DNA from: an uncultured Planctomycetaceae bacterium
GTDB lineage: Bacteria > Planctomycetota > Phycisphaerae > SM23-33
Assembly (NCBI GenBank): GCA_964461295.1
Contig: CAYWTX010000329.1
Coordinates: 1 to 28,653, forward strand
DNA length: 28,653 bases
Reading direction: 5' to 3'
Under the pieces are notes generated by a model. The model saw only the letters and a program-made list of their open reading frames with translations, searched no databases and was not told the origin of the DNA. Below, piece after piece: positions 22,809-28,653 of this stretch (position 1 is the first letter of the stretch; each line of letters starts with the position of its first letter). The position numbers were made by a program, and so were the translations under genes.

Positions 22809-24704
22809 TCACTTCGCTCCCCCGGGCGCCGCAGCGGCCTGCCTGGCCGCCAGGCCCCGGACCTTGCCGGCCCCGATACCCGCGGCCGCCTTGCGAAGGG
22901 CATCGACGGCTTCCTTGTCGCCGCGATCGTGCAGCAACTCGTATTTCGCCGCATACGTCCTGGCATCCCAGCCTTCCAGCGAGGCATAGTGAACGCCCCT
23001 CAGTCTGGCCAGAGCAGCGCGGAATTGCTCCGCCGCCGCCAGCGAGCCCAACTCGCCCACTTCGCAATCCAGCACGACCGGCCGTGCCGCGGCGACGGCC
23101 TTGTCGGCGGCCGAGAGCAGCTTCTCGGCCAGTTCGCCCGCGGCCGCCTTGACGGCGCTGTTGGCGGCGTCCTCCTCGCGGAGGAGACGTTCGCCCCGCT
23201 TGGCGGCCGTCGTGACGGCGGCCAGTTCCAGCCGCGCCGGATCGAGGATCCGGCCCGCCAGCGAGGCGTCGAACGAGTAGAAGTTCCCGAACTTCTCGTT
23301 GAGCTTGGCCGCGCCGCTGGTGTGCACGAAGAAGCTCGCCTCGCCCGCGACCACCCGGTAACCGGCCTTCTGCAACGCCTCGGCCAGCACCCGGCTTGCG
23401 GCGGCGGTCTTCGCCGACCCGCCCGACAACTCCAGCGTTTCCTCGCAGAGGATCCGCACGAGACGCAGCTTGTCGGCCGCTTCCTTCGCGACCGCGGCCT
23501 TCTGGACGGCTCCCAGCGTCGGCACGGGCACGACCGGGTTCATCCGCGCGGCTACCTTGACCAGCCCGCCGGCCTCGACGCAATCCGTCACGGTCACGCC
23601 CGCTCTGCCGAACTTGCCGGCCGCGGCCTCGAAAACCTTCCGGACATCCGGCGTGCCATGGGGCACGAAGGCCGTGAAGATGGCTACCCCCACCTTGCAC
23701 GACACCAGTGTGGCCGCCAGGACCGATTCCTGCCCCTTCATGTGGTCGCGAAGGGCGGCCGCATCCGCTTCGCTGGGGACGTCCGACACCGTCAACTCGA
23801 CGCGGATGGGCGCCGGCGGATTCACCCGGCCCTCCACGCGGATGGGCTTCGCGGTCGCCGTATAGGACGTCACCTCTATGCCCCGCGGGGAATGCTTCTC
23901 CAGCCCCGCCGTCAGCGAGGGGCGGAAATCCCGGGAACCGGGGGCATACGCGATCGTGAAGCTGCCCTTCCCGCCGCTGAAGGCGCCAAGCTTGACCGAC
24001 TGCACGCCGGGCAGTTTGCCGAGGTAGTCGCACAGGGCGTCGGCGGCCCTCACGTCGGCAAGATCGACCACCGTCAACGCCACGAGGATGGGTTGCGGCC
24101 GAGGCGGCGCCACAACCGGGGGCGGGGGCGGAACCGCTTCGGGCGGCTTGACCACGGGCGGCGGCGGCGGGGGCGGAACCGCTTCAGGCGGTTTGACCAC
24201 GGGCGGCGGCGGCGGGGGCGGAACCGCTTCAGGCGGTTTGACCACGGGCGGCGGCGGCGGGGGCGGAACCGCTTCGGGCGGCTTGACCACGGGCGGCGGC
24301 GGCGGGGGCGGAACCGCTTCAGGCGGCTTGACCACGGGCGGCGGCGGCGGGGGCAAGGCGGGCGCGCTCACGCCCGCCAGGACTCGGGCCGTTCGCCCGT
24401 CCACGAAGTACTTCTTGACGCTCGCGCCGCACTTGCCCAGGTTCCGGGCGAAGTACTCGTGCTGGGGGACATCGCCCCCCCTGGCGGCGATCAGGTACTC
24501 AGCCCGCCCGGTTGCCTCGTCCCAGCCTTGCAGTGCAACGCTGTCCGGCTGGAACTGTCGCGACAGGTCGGCGTGCAGCGAACTCGCCTGCTGCCGGGCG
24601 GCCACGCCGTCCACGGCGACCTCGGCCTTCCAGCCGCAACCGGCCAGGGCGCCCGCCGCCGCTACCATGAATGCCGCCTTCCACAGCGACCCTATCGGCT
24701 TCAT
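22809..24704 (-). CDS. lipoprotein with five tandem PPPPPPPVVKPPEAV repeats and a large C-terminal domain of unknown function
   Basis: The frame opens at 24788. The ATG at 24704 begins MKPIGSLWKAAFMVAAAGALAGCGW, a lipoprotein signal with lipobox LAGC. The 14-aa Pro-rich repeats are encoded by 42-bp tandem DNA repeats (24102-24353). The C-terminal ~420 aa have balanced composition and no recognisable family. Confidence 0.6.
   Translation of the reverse strand: MKPIGSLWKAAFMVAAAGALAGCGWKAEVAVDGVAARQQASSLHADLSRQFQPDSVALQGWDEATGRAEYLIAARGGDVPQHEYFARNLGKCGASVKKYFVDGRTARVLAGVSAPALPPPPPPVVKPPEAVPPPPPPPVVKPPEAVPPPPPPPVVKPPEAVPPPPPPPVVKPPEAVPPPPPPPVVKPPEAVPPPPPVVAPPRPQPILVALTVVDLADVRAADALCDYLGKLPGVQSVKLGAFSGGKGSFTIAYAPGSRDFRPSLTAGLEKHSPRGIEVTSYTATAKPIRVEGRVNPPAPIRVELTVSDVPSEADAAALRDHMKGQESVLAATLVSCKVGVAIFTAFVPHGTPDVRKVFEAAAGKFGRAGVTVTDCVEAGGLVKVAARMNPVVPVPTLGAVQKAAVAKEAADKLRLVRILCEETLELSGGSAKTAAASRVLAEALQKAGYRVVAGEASFFVHTSGAAKLNEKFGNFYSFDASLAGRILDPARLELAAVTTAAKRGERLLREEDAANSAVKAAAGELAEKLLSAADKAVAAARPVVLDCEVGELGSLAAAEQFRAALARLRGVHYASLEGWDARTYAAKYELLHDRGDKEAVDALRKAAAGIGAGKVRGLAARQAAAAPGGAK
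24102..24353 (-). repeat. tandem 42-bp coding repeat (~5.5 copies) encoding PPPPPPPVVKPPEAV
   Basis: The plus-strand unit ggcggcggcggcgggggcggaaccgcttc(a/g)ggcgg(t/c)ttgaccacg is repeated head-to-tail with only 1-2 wobble differences per copy. The coordinates were derived from the protein positions aa146-229 of the 24788 frame. Confidence 0.85.
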
Positions 24705-24798
24705 CGCCTGGTCTCCTTCTCCAGATTTCCAGAGCGTTCGTTCTTCTGCCTGCCGGTGCATCTCGCGCGTCACGGCGCCCTGCCGCACGCACGCGGAA

Positions 24799-25971
24799 TC
24801 ATGCGTTCGCCTGCTGCCATTGGCGATACCGCGCCGCCTGTTCGTCGTTGGCCTGGGGCACTGTGGCGGCCAACTCGAAATCGCCGATCGTCAGCGGGCG
24901 CACGCGAAGCCGGTAGCCCTCCACCGCACGTCGCCCCGCGTCCACATGCCGCAGCAGGTCGGGGTTCTGCTCCATCACCATCCGCTGCACGGCCGCTTCG
25001 CAGAGCTGCGCAATCCGCCGCCCCGAATGACCGTCCGTGCGCTTGACCAGTTCCTCCGCGCCGCCGCTCAGGGAGTAGCCCTTCCGGCCGATGGCGATCT
25101 CCAGTATGCCGCGCCGCACTTCGGCATCGGGCAGCGGCACGTACACGCGGCGGTCGAACCGCGAAAGAATGGCCGCGTCCAGCAGCCAGGGCAGGTTCGT
25201 CGCCGCCAGCGTGAGGATGAACGTGTCGCGCCCCTTCTCCGCCAGGCCGTCCAACTCCGCCAGCAGTGTGGCCAGCAGCCGACGTTCCGGCCCGCCGCTG
25301 TCGGCTGAGTCGCGACTGGCCGACAGGGCGTCGAACTCGTCGAAGAATACCACCGCCGGCGCGTGGCGCCGGGCTGCCGAATACAAGGCCTCCACCAGCT
25401 TCGTCGATTCGCCGAAGTACTTGCTCAGCATGTTGGACGTCTTGACGTTGAAGAACGTCGCCTCCAACTCATTGCTGGCCGCCGCGGCCAGGAGCGTCTT
25501 GCCCGTGCCCGGCTGGCCGAACAGCAGGATGTTCCTGCCGCCGGCCAGGCGGACTCCCTCGGGCCGCTCGGCCAGGGCGAAACCGTAGGACAGGCGAATC
25601 TGGTCCTTGACCTCGCCCAGTCCGGCCACGTCCACCCACGTGATGGACGTCTTCTCAATCAGGGCTTCGGCGGCGGAGGCGTATTCGTCGCCGGCGTCAT
25701 CGCCTTCCACGGCCGGGGCAGGCTTCGCCGGCTCGACGGCGGGGGCCAGGCGCAGCGACTCGGCTTCGCGGCGGTACTGTGCGGCCAGCTTCATGCGGCG
25801 CTGCTTCTCCGCCGGCGTGACCGCATAGGAGGCGTATCGCTCGGCCAGGGCGGCGCAGCCCTCGTAGGCCTCGGCGGCCGCGGCCGGCCTGCTTTCCTGG
25901 CGGAGCCCCTTCGCACGCTCCAGCCCGCGCTGTAGCGAGTCGTGCACGCTCTTGCTGAGGTCGATCCCCAT
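24799..25971 (-). CDS. Vps4/katanin/spastin-clade AAA+ ATPase with N-terminal MIT domain (Vps4/CdvC-like)
   Basis: 390 aa. The N-terminal ~75 aa form an MIT-like three-helix bundle (AEAYEGCAALAERYASYAVTPAEKQRRMKLAAQYRREAESLR; compare Vps4 ...YEEALQLYQHAVQYF...[21 protein letters not shown]). The single AAA cassette has Walker A ILLFGQPGTGKTLLAAA, Walker B VVFFDEFDAL and an SRH region. The Vps4-like C-terminal helix is LTIGDFELAATVPQANDEQAARYRQWQQ. Confidence 0.8.
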   Translation of the reverse strand: MGIDLSKSVHDSLQRGLERAKGLRQESRPAAAAEAYEGCAALAERYASYAVTPAEKQRRMKLAAQYRREAESLRLAPAVEPAKPAPAVEGDDAGDEYASAAEALIEKTSITWVDVAGLGEVKDQIRLSYGFALAERPEGVRLAGGRNILLFGQPGTGKTLLAAAASNELEATFFNVKTSNMLSKYFGESTKLVEALYSAARRHAPAVVFFDEFDALSASRDSADSGGPERRLLATLLAELDGLAEKGRDTFILTLAATNLPWLLDAAILSRFDRRVYVPLPDAEVRRGILEIAIGRKGYSLSGGAEELVKRTDGHSGRRIAQLCEAAVQRMVMEQNPDLLRHVDAGRRAVEGYRLRVRPLTIGDFELAATVPQANDEQAARYRQWQQANA

Positions 25972-26020
25972 GCGTCCTTCCTTCCGAGGCGAGCGAACCG
26001 TCCGCGCCGGCAGGCAAACA

Positions 26021-26662
26021 TCACACCGGCTCGGGCGCCTCGCCTTCCTTGTCGCTCTTGGCCAGGATCTGGTCGACCTTCTTCATTCCCGTTTCGGCGG
26101 CGGCGGGGTTCTCGACTTCCGCGCTGCGCGCTTCCTGCATCGCCGCCACGATGGCCATGGTGTCCTCGTCCTCCACGCCGGCCAGGTCCACCCCATCCGG
26201 CGACTCCATGGTCTTGAGGATCTGGGCGAACCGCTCCATCTGGAACTGCCCCTCGACCGTCGCCTGCTCGACGTACTTCTGGAGCTCGTCCAGATCCATC
26301 CTGCTGACGACGCTGCTGACGCCCAGCTCCTTGACCAGCGACTCGTTCTCCTTGATGGCCGACAGGCCCGACAGGATGCGCACTTGCCGCGAGATCATCG
26401 CGAGCTGGCGGTCCTTGCCCTTGCCCCCGGCGTCCAACTCCTTGATCTTGCGGGCGATGGCGATCTGCTGCCGTTGCGAAGTCTCGTCCTTGCCCTTGAC
26501 GAAAAGCTGCTGCTTCCGCTTCTCCAGGTCGTCCACTTCCCGTCCCACCCGCTGCTCGACCTGCTCCAGGCGCAGCCGCTCCTTGCGGAGCTCGTCGATC
26601 GTGATCTTCTGGAGGCTCTTCTTGCCCGACAGCATGCCCATCAGCTTGCCCAGCAATTCCAT
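26021..26662 (-). CDS. Snf7/CHMP4-like ESCRT-III family protein
   Basis: 213 aa. The N-terminus MELLGKLMGMLSGKK parallels CHMP4/Snf7 MSxFGKLFGxxxGK. The basic helical hairpin is ELRKERLRLEQVEQRVGREVDDLEKRKQQLFVKGKDETSQRQQIAIARKIKEL. The acidic C-terminal half is SRMDLDELQKYVEQATVEGQFQMERFAQILKTMESPDGVDLAGVEDEDTMAIVAAMQE (compare CHMP4B NMDIDKVDELMQDIADQQELAEEISTAISKPVGFGEEFDEDELMAELEELEQE). The composition and pattern are Snf7-like rather than PspA/Vipp1-like. Confidence 0.75.
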   Translation of the reverse strand: MELLGKLMGMLSGKKSLQKITIDELRKERLRLEQVEQRVGREVDDLEKRKQQLFVKGKDETSQRQQIAIARKIKELDAGGKGKDRQLAMISRQVRILSGLSAIKENESLVKELGVSSVVSRMDLDELQKYVEQATVEGQFQMERFAQILKTMESPDGVDLAGVEDEDTMAIVAAMQEARSAEVENPAAAETGMKKVDQILAKSDKEGEAPEPV

Positions 26663-26701
26663 GAGGCGCTCCTTCTTTCGCTGTCCGCCACTGTCGGCGG
26701 A

Positions 26702-28015
26702 CTACCGCTTCGATGCCACCAGCCCGATCTCCGGCAGGTCATCCACGATGAACTCGCCGGTCCTGGCCATCTCCCCGAACGCCGCGCGCATCCAGGCCTC
26801 GTGCGCCGCCGCCTTCCGCCCCGCCGCCGCCAGCGAGATGCTGTCCTTGCTCACCAACTCCTCCCGCACCGACGAAATGCACTGGCGCACCTTCTCGGCG
26901 AAGGCCGCGGGATCCAGGATCGGCAGGAATGCCGCCAGACGCTCGTCGCTCTCGTCCCGCCAACTGCGCCCGGTGTGCAAATCCACCAACGCCGCCGCCA
27001 GACGCCGGTCCCGAAAATGCCTCACGCAGGCCGCGTCGGCCACTACCGCGCCGGCGCCGGCCGTCCATCCGGTGGGCGAACCCACCAGCGACACGCGGAA
27101 GCAGTTGGCGTGCTTCGCCTCGTCCGCCATTGCGTTCAGCAGCGACAACAGCTCACACTCCGTCACCGGTTCGGCGTCGAAGCCCGCCGCCGCGATCGCG
27201 TCCACGCGACAGACGAACCGGCCCTCGATCACCAGGCACGCCTTTGGACGCCCCCATCCACCCGCCCGCAGCGTGAACCGGCTGACGGCGCCGCACGGCA
27301 GGGGGCCGCCAGCCCGCGAAGCCGCCTCGACTTCGTGCTTCACCCGCGCCTTGCGCAGCACCAACTCAAGGTTCGACAGCGGCTCGGGCAGACGTTCCAC
27401 CTGCTCCAGCCGCTGCGCGAAGCTCCTGAGGAACGTGTCCTCCGCCACCTTGACGTCTTGGCGGCATACCACCGCCCGCCCCTCCGCGCGAAGGCGGGCC
27501 ACTACCTGCTCGACCGGCTCCAGCCCCGGCGGCGCCGCCGCCGAAGCCCTTGCCGCCTCGCCGGCCGCCTGCTTCTCCCCTGCCCCCGCCGGGCCGCAAA
27601 CCGATGCCGCCGCCGGTTCGAGGGGCTTCCCCTCAGACCCTTTGCCCGACTCCTCGGCTTCCTCGTCGGGCGCCGGCGGCGCGGTCACGCACTCGTGGAT
27701 CTTCTTGATCGTCCAGCACGCCTGGCAGATGGGCTTGCCCGTCGCCTGGCAGAGACCCCCGATCGACAGCTCGCTGAGGATTCGCGCTCCGCACGCTCCG
27801 CACCGCAGCCCGCCGATGGCCGCCTCGCCTTGGACCTGCGAAACCATCAGCCGCTTCTGCCCCTCGAAGTACCCTTCCAGGTCTTCCTCGCGGATGCGAT
27901 AGACCCGGCCTATCCGCCCAGCCGGCAACTCCCCGCTCCGCACGAGGCGGTAGAGCGTCTTGTATTCCACGCCCAATTTCCTCGCCGCGTCCTCGAGTGT
28001 CAGATAGGCGCCCAT
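26702..28015 (-). CDS. helix-turn-helix (excisionase/MerR-like HTH_17) + zinc-ribbon protein with large C-terminal domain of unknown function
   Basis: 437 aa. The N-terminus is LTLEDAARKLGVEYKTLYRLVRSGELPAGRIGRVYRIREEDLEGYF (Xis/HTH_17-type DNA-binding helix-turn-helix). It is followed by CGACGARI...CQATGKPICQAC (C-x2-C ... C-x2-C), an acidic/Pro-rich linker, and a ~280-aa domain without a recognisable family. It is the first gene of the ESCRT-like cluster. Confidence 0.65.
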   Translation of the reverse strand: MGAYLTLEDAARKLGVEYKTLYRLVRSGELPAGRIGRVYRIREEDLEGYFEGQKRLMVSQVQGEAAIGGLRCGACGARILSELSIGGLCQATGKPICQACWTIKKIHECVTAPPAPDEEAEESGKGSEGKPLEPAAASVCGPAGAGEKQAAGEAARASAAAPPGLEPVEQVVARLRAEGRAVVCRQDVKVAEDTFLRSFAQRLEQVERLPEPLSNLELVLRKARVKHEVEAASRAGGPLPCGAVSRFTLRAGGWGRPKACLVIEGRFVCRVDAIAAAGFDAEPVTECELLSLLNAMADEAKHANCFRVSLVGSPTGWTAGAGAVVADAACVRHFRDRRLAAALVDLHTGRSWRDESDERLAAFLPILDPAAFAEKVRQCISSVREELVSKDSISLAAAGRKAAAHEAWMRAAFGEMARTGEFIVDDLPEIGLVASKR

Positions 28016-28282
28016 CTCCCGTCCCTTCGATTTGCCGTGCGTCCCACTTTGCGTCTAGCGGGTACATTCTCTTGCCGAAGCTTACCCCCGTCAACACTTT
28101 TGTTTACTTTTCTTACCTCTCAGTTCCTTCATTGACGACTCCGGCCACCTTCGCCCCGTTCGCGTGGCCGCCCCCATAGGGGCTCGGCCGCTTCGCGCTC
28201 GCGGTCCCCTCCCGGTCGTCCTCGTCGTCGTCGGCTGTTTCCCCTCCCTCCCGCCCACCCCGCCATCGCCCTCCCGGCGCGA

Positions 28283-28310
28283 GAAAGATGCGCCTAAAGG
28301 CGCATCTTTC
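28283..28310. promoter_or_regulatory. perfect 28-bp palindrome GAAAGATGCGCC-TAAA-GGCGCATCTTTC (candidate operator or hairpin) ~270 bp upstream of the ESCRT-like cluster start
   Basis: There are 12-bp perfect inverted arms around a 4-nt AT spacer, verified nucleotide-by-nucleotide against the 28164 frame. No U-tract follows on either strand, so an operator or structural role is as likely as a terminator. Confidence 0.5.
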
Positions 28311-28439
28311 CCGGCAAACGCGCCCCAACCCGTACCCCTCCGGCCGGAGTTCCCCTCGAAAAGTGGGCGTGTACGCACCTGTCGGCCGCGCCGCCGATGC
28401 GATACCGGCGCCAGGCGCAGGCGGCTACCCCGGGCGGCC

Positions 28440-28653
28440 AACGTAAACTGGTATAGATTGGGTTCAGTATCCGTCCTTGGATTCCTGGGAAGTGGTAGGC
28501 CCGGCGGGCCGGCATCGGGTAGCCCCGTCCGTAAGGGCGGGGATTGCGAGCAAAGCGAACCGAAGAGGCCCGGCGGGCCGACAGAGCACGCCCGTCGACG
28601 GTGGACAAGCCGGCACCTGTGCCGGCCCTCCGGGCCTTGACCGTTTCCTGGCT
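28440..28653. other. GC-rich structured non-coding region (GNRA-capped hairpin, direct repeats), truncated by window edge; possible ncRNA or REP-like element
   Basis: Hairpin ccccgucc-GUAA-gggcgggg (28523-28542) has an 8-bp stem with one G-U wobble and a GNRA tetraloop. A 15-nt direct repeat aggcccggcgggccg lies at 28497-28511 and 28566-28580. Hairpin gccggca-ccug-ugccggc lies at 28609-28626. The only ORF here (28164-28640) is R/P/G-rich low-complexity and is judged non-coding. Confidence 0.3.

Noticed and set aside
22744-24033. Upstream 430 codons of track ORF 22084-24033.
   Set aside because: The translation is Arg/Gly-rich and is antisense-frame noise over the lipoprotein gene. A clean signal peptide starts at the MMM triplet (22743), and the separate lipoprotein gene 22809-24704 on the same strand is well supported.
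28164-28640. 158-aa plus-strand ORF in the region upstream of the ESCRT-like cluster.
   Set aside because: It uses a GTG start and has extremely biased R/P/G/S composition (…RRRCDTGARRRRLPRAANV…). It lies over palindromes and direct repeats. It is more likely non-coding leader or structured RNA than a gene.
28440-28653. Possible RNase P RNA, SRP RNA or tmRNA at the window end.
   Set aside because: I compared the sequence by eye with the conserved cores (RNase P GGAAAGUCCGG/ACAGAAAGCAAACC, SRP GUCAGGUCCGGAAGGAAGCAGC, tmRNA 5' GGGG...UUCGAC) and found no convincing match. It is kept only as an unclassified structured region.
1-28653. Mobile elements, CRISPR arrays, rRNA or tRNA genes anywhere in the window.
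   Set aside because: I found no transposase or integrase-like ORFs, no regularly spaced direct repeats with unique spacers, and no tRNA-like cloverleaf or rRNA-like conserved stretches on either strand.

Overview
This is a high-GC (~68-70%) bacterial window. The Planctomycete-type cytochrome c (PSCyt1) domain, many secreted beta-propeller proteins and weak Shine-Dalgarno usage suggest Planctomycetota; this is inference only. I support 19 protein-coding genes in three blocks, and found no rRNA, tRNA, CRISPR array or transposase/integrase gene.

- Block 1 (105-2836, minus strand): a DUF4143 AAA+ ATPase and an ADP-ribosylglycohydrolase with a six-cysteine C-terminal tail.
- Block 2 (2999-13090, plus strand, co-directional): a 1.15-1.19 kaa secreted fusion of a TolB-like propeller, two CxxCH/PSCyt1 modules and an FGE-sulfatase (SUMF1) domain; two tandem PQQ-like beta-propeller paralogs; a GHL6/GH42-like glycoside hydrolase; and an AlgX/AlgJ (DHHW) SGNH-like protein. 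Several junctions are translationally coupled.
- Block 3a (13112-19470, minus strand): a TetR regulator, a lysine-2,3-aminomutase (KamA, radical SAM), two paralogous D-Ala-D-Ala-ligase-like ATP-grasp ligases, a GNAT acetyltransferase and a tandem-duplicated secreted hypothetical. I interpret this as a candidate operon for an N-acetylated beta-lysine-containing peptide.
- Block 3b (20045-28015, minus strand): a six-gene cluster with a bona fide Snf7/CHMP4-like ESCRT-III protein directly followed by a MIT-domain Vps4-like AAA ATPase. It also encodes an HTH plus zinc-ribbon protein, a Pro-rich-repeat lipoprotein, a CsgG/LpoB-like periplasmic protein and a double-zinc-ribbon SPFH/flotillin-like protein. 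This is the most interesting candidate for an undescribed bacterial ESCRT-like membrane-remodelling system.

Additional non-coding signals are several tandem repeats (42-mer, 9-mers, a heptamer and a CAG/TGC trinucleotide), a perfect 28-bp palindrome upstream of the ESCRT-like cluster, and a GNRA-capped hairpin region at the window edge. Most long antisense ORFs in the track are GC-driven shadow frames.
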